A stretch of 64,000 bases of DNA, from sequence record KT895374.1; one strand, 5' to 3'. Positions 8,624 through 19,099 of the stretch are shown here, one piece after another; within the stretch, counting starts at the first letter, position 1, and every line of letters begins with the position of its first letter. The position numbers were made by a program, and so were the translations under genes. Under the pieces are notes generated by a model that worked only from the letters and a program-made list of their open reading frames with translations, did no database searches and had not been told where the DNA came from.

Positions 8624-9910
8624 TTAGTTGTTTAGTATATGAATTCCTAATTGCTGATCTTTTACTAAATCAAAATCACTATTGAATTCTCCATCATCCC
8701 TATTCACAATAAAGCTTTCTGGTGATAATTTTTTAAAGTGCTTATGAGCTTTAGGATCCATAACTCCAATAATATTTAAAACATCTCCGTCAAAATCTCC
8801 TGAGAAAGCAGATAAAAGGTTATTACTAATACCTAATGTTAGATCTTTATAGTCTTTTTTAACTACTGCTACTTTTACATATAAAATACTACCTAATGAA
8901 ATTGTCGGATTCCTATTAAGTAAGAATCTTAAACCATTTTTAGTTTTCTTTACTAACTCCATCATAAAGTTATAGAATTCTTCATTATAACCTAGCATTC
9001 CTTTTTCCCATTCTGTTGTTGCTTGATTATAATTTATACCTTTTACTTTACTAATTAAATTGATAATTTGAAATTTATATAGTTCTCCAAATGTCCTATA
9101 AGGCATTGCTACCTCATCAATCTGATAAGTAGTTAAAGGAGTAATTACATTACGAGCACTAAAATCTAATCTTGATCCGTAAATATCTCTACGAATTAAA
9201 CCCTTCTTACCTTTTAGTTGATCAATAATTTTTTTATGAACAATATTTGTATAAGACTGAATTTGATATAAGAGAGATAATTTTAATAAATCAATATTCT
9301 CTTTGTTCTCAATAACTTTATCTTTAATTTCTTTTGAATAAAGAATTAAGAAATTATAATCATTATTAATTTCATCAAATATTAAAGTATTTCCCCTCAT
9401 TGTAGCAGGTCTAAGTTTAGATGAGTATACTGGAAATTTATTAATAAAAATAAGATCATTATGTTTCGCTAGAAAATCAAACTCTTTTTGATACTTATTT
9501 TTATTTGTATATTCCTCCATCAAATTCCAAAATCTTTCTTTAAATTCAATCAGACCAATATCAAAGTTAGGATCTCTATTTTCATCTTCTTCATTAATAG
9601 GTTCTTGAACTTTCTCGCCACTATGATCAATTGGTATATTAAAGTTAATGATGTTATTAACTTTTGGAATACATTTACGCACTAACTCAAATAATGCTGG
9701 ATTAATAACATAGTATGGATCAAAATTAATCCATCCAATCGTTCCAATATCCTTATCATTATCACTTTCATTAAAACTTCCAAAAATTCTTTCTGAATAA
9801 ATTCCATCATCTAGGAATTCATTACTGTTGTTAATTGATTTTTCATTTGTAATTAAATTTTCTTCATTGTAAATCTTGTCATAATCAATTAAAGAAATTT
9901 TTTTTCCCAA
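8624..9910 (-). CDS. phage multisubunit RNA polymerase beta' subunit, N-terminal/catalytic part
   Basis: GIYSERIFG, LKGKKGLIRRDIYGSRLDFSARNVITP, LLNRNPT and catalytic FSGDFDGD; TTG start with GGGAGG RBS; 428 aa, typical of split jumbo-phage RNAPs. Confidence 0.92.
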   Translation of the reverse strand: MGKKISLIDYDKIYNEENLITNEKSINNSNEFLDDGIYSERIFGSFNESDNDKDIGTIGWINFDPYYVINPALFELVRKCIPKVNNIINFNIPIDHSGEKVQEPINEEDENRDPNFDIGLIEFKERFWNLMEEYTNKNKYQKEFDFLAKHNDLIFINKFPVYSSKLRPATMRGNTLIFDEINNDYNFLILYSKEIKDKVIENKENIDLLKLSLLYQIQSYTNIVHKKIIDQLKGKKGLIRRDIYGSRLDFSARNVITPLTTYQIDEVAMPYRTFGELYKFQIINLISKVKGINYNQATTEWEKGMLGYNEEFYNFMMELVKKTKNGLRFLLNRNPTISLGSILYVKVAVVKKDYKDLTLGISNNLLSAFSGDFDGDVLNIIGVMDPKAHKHFKKLSPESFIVNRDDGEFNSDFDLVKDQQLGIHILNN

Positions 9911-9980
9911 AGAAAATCATCCTCCCATTCAAATTAATGTTACTAATATTCTTAAAAAGTAACAAATATCATACACATAA

Positions 9981-9988
9981 ATAATATA
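9981..9988 (-). promoter_or_regulatory. early-type promoter upstream of the RNAP beta' gene
   Basis: TATATTAT-N6-G with G at 9974. Confidence 0.65.
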
Positions 9989-10021
9989 TATTTATTTTTT
10001 ATATATGTATTAATATAATAT

Positions 10022-10045
10022 AATAAGGGGTTTTTATCCCTTATT
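10022..10045. terminator. terminator of the structural operon
   Basis: AATAAGGG...CCCTTATT hairpin after 10056..11294. Confidence 0.6.
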
Positions 10046-10055
10046 ATATTATATT

Positions 10056-11294
10056 TTATTTAAATAATAACTTTGAAGTATTATTATCTATTATACCTGT
10101 TTTTTTAATATTTTTATTTTTTTGAAAATTCATAACTAAATCTTTAGTATACTCATCATACCAACCAATATTTTCTATATGATCAGTATAACCTAATTCT
10201 ATTAACCTATTCTGAATTAGTTTTATATCATCACCATACATCATAGGAGTCTTATATTCTATAGTTCTACGTATAATATTATAATCACTATTAGTAATAA
10301 ACTCCCATGTAATAGGTCCAACTTTACCATCAATAGTTAATGAATGATTTCTTTGAAATTCAGAAACTTTATCCATAGTTTCGTTATCATAAATTCCTGA
10401 TATAGGACACTTATATCCTAATAGATTTAATCTATTCTGTAATAATTTAATATCTTCTCCAAACAAAATAAATTTAGGATTAGATTCAAAATATAAAACT
10501 CTATTAAATGTTTTATCATTCTTAAAATATTCCAAAGATATTTTTTTAATAGAAATATAATCATCTTCATCCATTATTCCATCTGGTATTAAATTATAAT
10601 ATTTTTGAAATCCAATAAGTTTATCTTTTGTTTCTAAACTAAATATTCCTGATATAGAACATTTGTATCCCAATAGATTTAATAATGTTTGTAATTCAAT
10701 TATATCATTTCCTTGCATATTATTCTTTGGATCATAGAAAATTTTTCTCCCACCGAAAGTATAAATTATATTACCGTTAGGTATGGTTCTAAATTTACTT
10801 ACTAATTTATCTGAACTTTCATCAATTATTTCATTAATGGGAAAAAATAATCCAGGAGTTTTAAAATTAGAATTTAATTCTTTAAGCGTATATACGTCTC
10901 TAATAGGATATTTATCTAATAAATGTTTAATAAGAGTAATGATTGAATTCTTTTGCTGACTATTTATTAATGAGTTATCAAAATTACCCTCGACCTGAAT
11001 ACCTAGACTATTAATATTAAAATTACTATTATCATCTTTAGAGAAGTCACCATAAATATTATCTTCTCTACCTCTTACAATGACACCATTTTTTTGAATA
11101 AAATAATGACCACCAAACATTGATTTAGAATTTTCATATTTGTCTTCTTTATCAATATCATAAATATCAGGATTCTTTCTATCCTGTGTATCATAAAATA
11201 TGATAAATAAAGGTCTATTACCTGTAGTTAATTTACCTATTGGTTTTATATTTGAAGCTATAATGTTAATAGACAAATTAATCACTTCTTCCAA
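10056..11294 (-). CDS. amidase_2/T7-lysozyme-fold domain (apparently non-catalytic) plus three peptidoglycan-binding domains
   Basis: GGHYFIQKNGVIVRGR...NSLGIQVEGNF...TPG; three repeats of GxDIxxLQxxLxxLGY...GxYDxxT...VxxFQ. Confidence 0.8.
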   Translation of the reverse strand: MEEVINLSINIIASNIKPIGKLTTGNRPLFIIFYDTQDRKNPDIYDIDKEDKYENSKSMFGGHYFIQKNGVIVRGREDNIYGDFSKDDNSNFNINSLGIQVEGNFDNSLINSQQKNSIITLIKHLLDKYPIRDVYTLKELNSNFKTPGLFFPINEIIDESSDKLVSKFRTIPNGNIIYTFGGRKIFYDPKNNMQGNDIIELQTLLNLLGYKCSISGIFSLETKDKLIGFQKYYNLIPDGIMDEDDYISIKKISLEYFKNDKTFNRVLYFESNPKFILFGEDIKLLQNRLNLLGYKCPISGIYDNETMDKVSEFQRNHSLTIDGKVGPITWEFITNSDYNIIRRTIEYKTPMMYGDDIKLIQNRLIELGYTDHIENIGWYDEYTKDLVMNFQKNKNIKKTGIIDNNTSKLLFK

Positions 11295-11814
11295 TATAAT
11301 TTAATCTTATTGATGTTAACGTATTATTTTCCAATTCTACATAATTAGTATTAGCTTCAAAATCATCAGCAATTGGTTTAAGTATTTCTGAATATTCTTT
11401 TAAAATATTCTTTTGATACTCATTAGCTTTTTTCAACTCATCAATAATTTCCCAAATTCTTCTAATTTTATTTTGCATACCAGTATTAAACTTATTAAGA
11501 TACTCAATATGATATAGCAGTCTCTTACTATAACTATATATTTCAGACTGAATTTCTTCTGTTTCTTTAAATCCATTTTCCAGAAAATCCTTTAGATCAT
11601 CTAGTAGACTATTAACCACATCAACTTGTTCGTCAGTATCATTTTTTAGTTGTTCAATATCATTTAATTTATTTTCAAGTTCTTTCGTTTTACTAACAAT
11701 TAGACCATTTTTATTAACTGAAATATGACCGTCAAAACGGTTCATTATAACTTGACCTGATTGAGAATCTTTAATAAATTCTTCTGTTAAAGGTTGATAA
11801 GCAAATCTTCCCAA
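11278..11814 (-). CDS. coiled-coil virion-associated protein
   Basis: GQVIMNRFDGHISVNKNGLIVSKTKELE motif, then heptads; lies in the structural operon. Confidence 0.65.
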   Translation of the reverse strand: MGRFAYQPLTEEFIKDSQSGQVIMNRFDGHISVNKNGLIVSKTKELENKLNDIEQLKNDTDEQVDVVNSLLDDLKDFLENGFKETEEIQSEIYSYSKRLLYHIEYLNKFNTGMQNKIRRIWEIIDELKKANEYQKNILKEYSEILKPIADDFEANTNYVELENNTLTSIRLNYIGRSD

Positions 11815-11828
11815 TTAAATACCCTCCT

Positions 11829-12359
11829 TTAAATCAGTTTTTTACCATCATTATTACTTATTTTTTGATTTTTAATATCATTTGCTAGAAATTTTAATTC
11901 GTCAATAGAAGCTTTAATAGATAGTGTATCTTTTAAGTTTGTAATGATAGGATCTAAATAATTTCTAATTTCTTGATATTGAAAATTTTTAATCTCTAAA
12001 GAGAATTTAGAAACATCAGTCATAAGTTCATTTAATTTCATTTCAATTTCTTCTAAGTTGATCTTAAGCTCTTCAGCTTTTTCTTTAACTTTTTTTGTAT
12101 CGTCTCTTATACTATCAAAATTCTTAACAAGAGTATCAATATCTTCTGCATTCTTAATGAATTCTTTTATTAGTTCATTTTTATAACCTAGAAGCGCATT
12201 AATTTGCGCTTCTAGTTCCTTAGTCTTACTTTTAAATTTACCTTTTCTTTTAAAAGTAATATGACCAGTTTTTTTATCTACTATTAATTCCCCTTCTTTA
12301 GCATTAAACATGTTTTTCTCAAGAAGAGGTCGAATAATTATTTTCCAATCCATAATCAA
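11829..12359 (-). CDS. coiled-coil virion-associated protein
   Basis: GELIVDKKTGHITFKRKGKFKSKTKELE motif, then heptads. Confidence 0.65.
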   Translation of the reverse strand: MIMDWKIIIRPLLEKNMFNAKEGELIVDKKTGHITFKRKGKFKSKTKELEAQINALLGYKNELIKEFIKNAEDIDTLVKNFDSIRDDTKKVKEKAEELKINLEEIEMKLNELMTDVSKFSLEIKNFQYQEIRNYLDPIITNLKDTLSIKASIDELKFLANDIKNQKISNNDGKKLI

Positions 12360-12364
12360 TTCAC

Positions 12365-15300
12365 CTATCTTTGGTTATTTTTTAACCATATTATTTCACC
12401 AATCAAACTAGAATTTTCCTGAAGACCATTCATCATAATTAGAGCCTGTTCAATTTTACCAGTTAATTTAACACTTAAATCTTCAATAGTAATTCTATTA
12501 GATTGAGTCAGACTATAGATTTCAGAAAGCTTATCTCTCATACTTTCAAGGAAAGTTAAATCAATAAAGTTTAGATAGTTTAGAATAGAATCCATTTTAT
12601 TAATATCGCTTGATATCTCAATATTTCTCTTTTTCAAAATATCTAAATGTTTCTTAAGACTATCTCTTAATTTAAATAAACTTTCAATTTTATTTCTGTT
12701 ACTTTGAAGATCAATGTCAATCTTCTTAATAACTTTATTTAATAAAGCTAATAACTCTTCTAATTCTCTTGTTTTGCTTATTAGGTATCCATCATCATAA
12801 ATAGAGAAGTGACCTGAATCTAAATCAACTACCATTTCCCCATCCACAGCTTTAATTTTATTAACTTCAGTTAAAGGCTCGATACTAAGTCTTTGAGGAC
12901 CAATTGGTTCAGGTATTTTATTAATGATAGTAAAACTAACTACTGAAGTAGCTCTTAAACCATTAACCTTTTTAATATTGGTTGCTGAAAATTGATAGCT
13001 TCCTGGATAATCAATCAACAAACCTCTATTAGATTTTTTACCATTCAATCTAAATTCTTGCGTAACCTCATATTCAAGTTCTTCATCTAATACATCAGGT
13101 CTTGCTGATTCTTGAATTACATCAGGATCAACACCAATAATTTTCGGTGCTTTTGGAGGAATAGAATCCAATTTAAACTTCTTAATAGTAGTTGCGGTTA
13201 GACCATTTAATTTCTTTTTAGCAGTTACTATTAGTGTATACTCTCTAATCTCTTCCTTCTCATTATAAATAGGAGTTCCTAAAATATAATCTTTTCCATC
13301 TAGGGTTGCAGTATATTCATTACCATAAATATATTCAACGACAGGAGATACTGCATAGTATGTGTCAATACCTTCCTTAAATCCTAAAATAATTGGTGGA
13401 TCAGGTGGCATTTTATCAATATTGGTAATATCTCTTGAATTTGATACAAAGTAATCAAGAGGATCAAGATATCTAGCATACACTGTAGTATTATCTGTTA
13501 CTTCAAATGGTTCATCGTATGCAGTCCATTCTCCTGAACCAATTTTATACTCTAATTGATTAGCATAATCAGGATAAACAATAGTAACCATATCTTTTAT
13601 ACTTGGAATAGTATCTGGCTCTACTAAGATAATAGGTAAAAGATCTTCATTTGGATTTACAATTTTAAAATTAACTTCTCCAAAAGAAATCTTAAAATTA
13701 CTTTTCTTTCTTCTAGCAACCATTAAATTATAATCACCAGTCTTTGTGATTGTAGTACCCAATTCAAATGGTAGACCATTTAAATATGCATCATTTAGAT
13801 CATTACTATCAGGATCATTATTTAAACTATCTTGAATTGAAAAAGCAATAGAGCTTTCTACACTATTTTCTGGATAGTTAGGATCTTCAGCTTTAACATA
13901 GATTATATAATTTCCTTTATTTCTTAAAATATTACCTTTAACATAATCATTTACTTTTTCACTTTTAAATGTTAAATTATAGGTATATTTTAATCCCTGA
14001 AATTCAGTCCATGTTGGCTGAACTGCCGCATTATCACCTCTAAATACCTGTCCTTGTTCAATATCTGTATCGGTTAATTTATTTTTAATAATTACTTGGA
14101 TATTACTCATATCTTTAGTTGGTGCAATAATAGAGAAGCTTCGAGTAACAATTTTAAAATTCTCAGGGAAGTTACTATCAATAAATTTAACCTCTAGTAC
14201 ATAACTACCTACTTCAGTTAAGATATCATCTTCATCACCTTGTTCGTACTCTCTTCTAGATCCATTGAATGTAATCCAAGATTCATAATCTAAACTTTCT
14301 GGTAAAGCACCCATGAACCAATAAGGTTTAACAGCAATACCCTTAAAAATATCATTATCTTGTATCGGTTGACCTGTAACATTATTAACTATTACAACGT
14401 TAATATCAGTCATTTTAATTTGTTTATCTGTTATTCTAAAATTAAGAGTTTCTTCCTTACTATTACTTGTATTATCAAATTCCTCTAAAATAAACTTGAT
14501 TTGATAATCCGCATTATCAGTTAGAACTGTAACACCTTTAATAAATTCTATTTCTTCACCGTCTTGATACATAGTATAATAAACATCAATATCTTCTGGA
14601 TCATCCCAAGTTGGTACAACTACCTCTTCTTGAAAAATCCGTCCTTCATCTATTGTGCTCTCATCAAGATCATTATATACTTCAATTTTATTATCTAGAT
14701 CTATTTTCTCTAATGTAATAACAAAATTTCGATCGTAAATCCGATTATCACCTTTAGCATTTATAACATCTAATGAAATAGTATATTTACCTTCATCAGT
14801 AAAAGTATCAGATCCAGCAGTAAAAGCTAAAGGACTACCATCTTTAGTTAGAGAATATCCTTGAATTTCAATATCCTCTGGAAGTTCCATCCAATAAGGT
14901 TTTACAGGTAATGCTTTAAAAATTTCTCCCTCTGAAATTATTTCTTCATCGTCATTAGCAATATTTACAAAATCAGGTTCAAAATTATTAAGGTCTGTAT
15001 TTGGTTGAAGAACTTCAAAAGGAATCTCCTCATTGTAAGAATTATCTGGATAATACTTATCAACTAAAAGAAATTTAATTACATATTTTCCAACACTAGT
15101 TAAGGTCATTCCTTCATTATAGGAGATTAAACTTCCTTGAAAAGCTAATGTATAATTATAATTAACATTAGGATTCTTATCCCAAGCAGGTTTAACCATA
15201 CCCTCAAAAGTAGAATTAATAGTAATAGGTTTTCCTGTTAAAGCATCCCTAACTTTTAAAGCATTTTTATTCCAATCAACAGGTGCATTTAATAAAGTAA

Positions 15301-16675
15301 ATTTAACTGTACCTGATTTTTGATTATCTTCATAATATTTATCAGTTAGTACATAAGTAACATTATATACTCCTGCTATATTGTATATTGTATTTTCTAA
15401 AAAATTTCCTTTACTTTGATTATCTAAGGAATAAGTCAGAGTATAATTTATATCTTGCAGTTTTTCCCAAGCAGGTTTAACTTCTCCTGTGAAAGTTGAA
15501 TTATTTGTTATATTTCCATTAGACAATAAATCTTTAATTACAAAAGAAATATTATCCATATCTTTTTTAGGAGGTAATATGGAAAAAGAAAATTCATTAG
15601 AATCTCTTTTATTTTCAGGAAAATTTAAATCAGTTGCAGTTATTACTAATGTATAATTTCCATATTCTTTTAGTTCTGTTCCCTCACTATAATTAAGACT
15701 AGATCCATCTTTTTTAAGTTTTGCAGTAAACTTAATGTTTGATGTATTATCATTCCAGTCTAATTTAACTGAACTGCTAAATTTTGTGTTGGTAGTGATA
15801 GATTTATTAGAAACAGTATCTTTTAAAGTGAATGTTACACTAGATAAATCCGCTGGACCAACACTAGAAAATGAAAGTATATACGTACCATCATCATCTT
15901 GTCTAGAGATAATAGATTCTCCATCTAAGTTTAATGCTGGGGCAATACCAATAGCATCATTATTAGATATTGATTGAGAAAAAGTTCCATCCATAGTAAT
16001 ACGATAATTAATATGACCGTAGTCTGGATATGCGGTTCTTAACCAGAAGTAAAAGTTAGAATCTTTATTTAAAGATACATGTTTATAAACACTATTATTT
16101 ACAGCTTCTTCAGTAGGTTTCAGCCTTCTATTTCCTGAATTACTAAGATGCGTAATAATAGTACCTTCTTTACCAATAGAACCCTGAAGTCCTAATTCAG
16201 TCATACTAAAAAGGAATACACTATCTGTAGTATTCTCTAGACCACCACCATCAGTATCAGCCAGTACATTTTTTAAAGTAGTCTTGAGTATTCTATCTTT
16301 AAAATCACTTCCAAAACTATTTAAAAATCCATTTTTAATATCATATGAGTTTCCATTAGGAAAGCCAGTTGGTGGCATATCCGTAGAATGAGAAGGTGAA
16401 TACCAAGGACTTACTTTATCACTATTAAGCCATTGTCTAATATTTGATTGAGACCATCTATTATTCCCTGAAGTTTTCCGACCACTATCGCTATTGGAAG
16501 GTTCTTTTGCATCATAACCGTTTACTTCTAGAATATTATTAGACATTAATGTTGTAGAGTTTACAGGATAGCCATTTATATTCTGTCCTACTACTCTCCA
16601 TACAATTGGTTTCCCATTATATTTAGTAGTAGGATCTTTAACTAAAGATCCTACTGGAATTTCTTTCAATAGCAC
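12365..16675 (-). CDS. large tail fibre/adhesin: DUF6273-like N-terminal domain, ~10 Ig-like repeats, C-terminal coiled coil
   Basis: PIVWRVVGQN...NNRWSQSNIRQWLNS...FWLRT...GIAPAL; ~95-aa repeats with V(K/Q)PxW...GxYxI; 1436 aa. Confidence 0.7.
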   Translation of the reverse strand: MLLKEIPVGSLVKDPTTKYNGKPIVWRVVGQNINGYPVNSTTLMSNNILEVNGYDAKEPSNSDSGRKTSGNNRWSQSNIRQWLNSDKVSPWYSPSHSTDMPPTGFPNGNSYDIKNGFLNSFGSDFKDRILKTTLKNVLADTDGGGLENTTDSVFLFSMTELGLQGSIGKEGTIITHLSNSGNRRLKPTEEAVNNSVYKHVSLNKDSNFYFWLRTAYPDYGHINYRITMDGTFSQSISNNDAIGIAPALNLDGESIISRQDDDGTYILSFSSVGPADLSSVTFTLKDTVSNKSITTNTKFSSSVKLDWNDNTSNIKFTAKLKKDGSSLNYSEGTELKEYGNYTLVITATDLNFPENKRDSNEFSFSILPPKKDMDNISFVIKDLLSNGNITNNSTFTGEVKPAWEKLQDINYTLTYSLDNQSKGNFLENTIYNIAGVYNVTYVLTDKYYEDNQKSGTVKFTLLNAPVDWNKNALKVRDALTGKPITINSTFEGMVKPAWDKNPNVNYNYTLAFQGSLISYNEGMTLTSVGKYVIKFLLVDKYYPDNSYNEEIPFEVLQPNTDLNNFEPDFVNIANDDEEIISEGEIFKALPVKPYWMELPEDIEIQGYSLTKDGSPLAFTAGSDTFTDEGKYTISLDVINAKGDNRIYDRNFVITLEKIDLDNKIEVYNDLDESTIDEGRIFQEEVVVPTWDDPEDIDVYYTMYQDGEEIEFIKGVTVLTDNADYQIKFILEEFDNTSNSKEETLNFRITDKQIKMTDINVVIVNNVTGQPIQDNDIFKGIAVKPYWFMGALPESLDYESWITFNGSRREYEQGDEDDILTEVGSYVLEVKFIDSNFPENFKIVTRSFSIIAPTKDMSNIQVIIKNKLTDTDIEQGQVFRGDNAAVQPTWTEFQGLKYTYNLTFKSEKVNDYVKGNILRNKGNYIIYVKAEDPNYPENSVESSIAFSIQDSLNNDPDSNDLNDAYLNGLPFELGTTITKTGDYNLMVARRKKSNFKISFGEVNFKIVNPNEDLLPIILVEPDTIPSIKDMVTIVYPDYANQLEYKIGSGEWTAYDEPFEVTDNTTVYARYLDPLDYFVSNSRDITNIDKMPPDPPIILGFKEGIDTYYAVSPVVEYIYGNEYTATLDGKDYILGTPIYNEKEEIREYTLIVTAKKKLNGLTATTIKKFKLDSIPPKAPKIIGVDPDVIQESARPDVLDEELEYEVTQEFRLNGKKSNRGLLIDYPGSYQFSATNIKKVNGLRATSVVSFTIINKIPEPIGPQRLSIEPLTEVNKIKAVDGEMVVDLDSGHFSIYDDGYLISKTRELEELLALLNKVIKKIDIDLQSNRNKIESLFKLRDSLKKHLDILKKRNIEISSDINKMDSILNYLNFIDLTFLESMRDKLSEIYSLTQSNRITIEDLSVKLTGKIEQALIMMNGLQENSSLIGEIIWLKNNQR

Positions 16676-16698
16676 AGTAATTCACTTCCTCTTATCTT

Positions 16699-18489
16699 CT
16701 ATTTTTTAAGAGTGGGTGTAATTGATGTCTTAATATCACCCTCTTCTACTCCCTCAAATTCAGGGATTTTTGGTTCTTCTTTATCTATAATATCAACTAT
16801 TTTAGAGGTTAAATAACTTTCATAATCATCATCACCATCAAGACTCTTAACATAGATTACACAGTTATCATAAATTTTAACTGGATCTCTATAAAATTTC
16901 CATTCACCATCATCTATTTTATATAGAAACTTCATAGTTTTATCTTCAAATGGAAAATTAACAGTTGCAATAGTTCTATAACATAATTCATTAGGACTTA
17001 ATGTGATAGTATATCTATATTTGATCTTCTTATAAAATTCAATAATTGTGTTAGTTGATTCTAGTTGATTTGAAAGTTTTTTAGCACGAGATACTATACG
17101 ATAGATACCTTTTTTAGTATAAGTTGACTGTTCAGGAACTTCAACCCATTGTGTATCAAATAAATCTTTCCTATAATAAACCTTAGTAATTGCAATAGCG
17201 CCTGTTTCAACTTGAATAATAGGAGATACTGGACTAGGATATTTACCAACTAATCCAAAATCTCTCCCCTGCCAACTTTCTGATCCAATTCTAATAATAG
17301 GTGGATCTGGAGGAGTATTATCAATTGTAAATATACCTGTTGCCGTAGCAGTTTTATTATTAGTAGTTCTTCTAACAACTACAGTGATAGTATATAATCC
17401 ATTTTCAACCACTGGATCACCTAATGTATAAGTTTTACCATTTAGTTTAGCGCTTACTAAAACACATTTATCAGGAACTTTAATAGTAGGGAAACATGGA
17501 CCAACAAATACTTTATTTGTTATATCATATATAATTGAAGGTTTTTCTTTATCAAATATTGTAATTTTTGGTACAGGTGCTGGATCAGCAATTGTGATAC
17601 TTACTTCTGAACTATCAGACTTTCCTGAAACTTTACCTGTTGCTGTAACCTTTAAGTTATAAGTTCCATAATCTGTTAGGATTTGATTATTAGAAATTGA
17701 ATAGTCTTTTTTATTTCCTAAGAAAGTTTGATAAGTAGTGTTACTAGTTTTATAGGTATATTTACTTGTATCAGTCTCCCAATATACTTTAACAGGTCTA
17801 TTTACATAGTAATCTGAAGGTTTATCAGGGATTTCAATTTTATTTTTCAATGAATTCTTAATATCAAAAATAGTAATATCTGCAGGTGGCTCATCTGGTA
17901 TTGATCTAATGCCAGTGATCTTAATTGTTCCTGAAGAAGTTGTGGTGATTTTAGGTTTCTTACGTCTAACTTTTGCTTTTACTGGTCTTCTATAAGTATT
18001 TCGAACAGCCCTAACAAAGTTACCTTTATACCAACCACTCCAGTCACCTTGACTAACAGTATTAGCCCATTGATACGTTCCAGGAATCATTTCATATGCT
18101 GATCCTAGACCAGTAGTATCAATAAATTGAGATGAGGTTTGAGATCTTGGTTTATCTTTTGATTTATATGAAATATATGCATAGGGAGGAACACCATATG
18201 TCATTCTATTTTTTTCATATTTATTTCCAAACCAGTTCCAAGTTTCCCAATGAATATCATAATCATCAACTTCAGTTTTTAAAGTAATTTTTCCATTCTT
18301 AGTAATTCTTAATGATGAAGGAATAGTTGTCCATTTTCCACCATTTAATGAATAATATTTCCTATTTCCTTTTGGAGTGTGGAAACTAATTTTTATATCT
18401 CCATTAGAATAGATCTGCTCTACTTTTATATAAAAGCTTTTATTTGATCCATAAATTTTTTGCCCTTTTTTATACGCTGTAGCTGGCAT
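16699..18489 (-). CDS. virion protein with Ig-like repeats, partly paralogous to 12365..16675
   Basis: YKIDDGEWKFYRDP vs YKIGSGEWTAYDEP; IDNTPPDPPII vs IDKMPPDPPII. Confidence 0.7.
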   Translation of the reverse strand: MPATAYKKGQKIYGSNKSFYIKVEQIYSNGDIKISFHTPKGNRKYYSLNGGKWTTIPSSLRITKNGKITLKTEVDDYDIHWETWNWFGNKYEKNRMTYGVPPYAYISYKSKDKPRSQTSSQFIDTTGLGSAYEMIPGTYQWANTVSQGDWSGWYKGNFVRAVRNTYRRPVKAKVRRKKPKITTTSSGTIKITGIRSIPDEPPADITIFDIKNSLKNKIEIPDKPSDYYVNRPVKVYWETDTSKYTYKTSNTTYQTFLGNKKDYSISNNQILTDYGTYNLKVTATGKVSGKSDSSEVSITIADPAPVPKITIFDKEKPSIIYDITNKVFVGPCFPTIKVPDKCVLVSAKLNGKTYTLGDPVVENGLYTITVVVRRTTNNKTATATGIFTIDNTPPDPPIIRIGSESWQGRDFGLVGKYPSPVSPIIQVETGAIAITKVYYRKDLFDTQWVEVPEQSTYTKKGIYRIVSRAKKLSNQLESTNTIIEFYKKIKYRYTITLSPNELCYRTIATVNFPFEDKTMKFLYKIDDGEWKFYRDPVKIYDNCVIYVKSLDGDDDYESYLTSKIVDIIDKEEPKIPEFEGVEEGDIKTSITPTLKK

Positions 18490-18505
18490 TTATTTTTCAC
18501 TTCCT

Positions 18506-19099
18506 TTAACCTATTAAGATAATCAATAATTCCTCTTCAGGTTCAATTTCACTAAATTTTAATTTAACTAGATTTTCATCAATTTCTAATATTTCATAAT
18601 CTTTTAATTTATGAGTTTTTAAGTCTCGGATATTAATTAAAGGAAAAGGAGTATCTAAAGAATGTTCAATAGTGTATTCTAAAACTAACTCTTCATCTTT
18701 TATTTCAGGAACTAAGATTTTAGTAAATTTTAAAACACCATCTTTTGATGGTTCTTTGATCTCTATTTTTCTCTTAATATCTGCTGATAAGTCTTCTAAT
18801 GGAATACCTTTTGTTGGTTTTTCATATTTATTATCCCACTCAACAGTCTTACCATCACTTAGGTGTCTTTTTGAATCTTCAATATGATTTTTAACATAAG
18901 TTAACTTAGCCATTTTTTCTATTTCATTTATCTTTTCTAAAATATCATCCATAGATAGATCCTCATTAATAGAAATACTACTTAACTTATTATTTAATTC
19001 TTTTACTAATCCTTCTAAAAGAGATAAACGATTATTTAAAACCTTATAAATGTAGCCATTTTCAACATCATTACTTTCAATATTTAATTGATTAGGCAT
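18506..19099 (-). CDS. tail-fibre-associated protein with one His/GIP repeat unit
   Basis: HIEDSKRHLSDGKTVEWDNKYEKPTKGIPLEDL matches the repeat of the adjacent fibre gene; start moved to ATG 19099 on the AAGGAAGGTG RBS. Confidence 0.7.
   Translation of the reverse strand: MPNQLNIESNDVENGYIYKVLNNRLSLLEGLVKELNNKLSSISINEDLSMDDILEKINEIEKMAKLTYVKNHIEDSKRHLSDGKTVEWDNKYEKPTKGIPLEDLSADIKRKIEIKEPSKDGVLKFTKILVPEIKDEELVLEYTIEHSLDTPFPLINIRDLKTHKLKDYEILEIDENLVKLKFSEIEPEEELLIILIG

Noticed and set aside
15940-16040. Active diversity-generating retroelement
   Set aside because: I saw no template repeat or reverse transcriptase in this window; it cannot be excluded for the rest of the genome.
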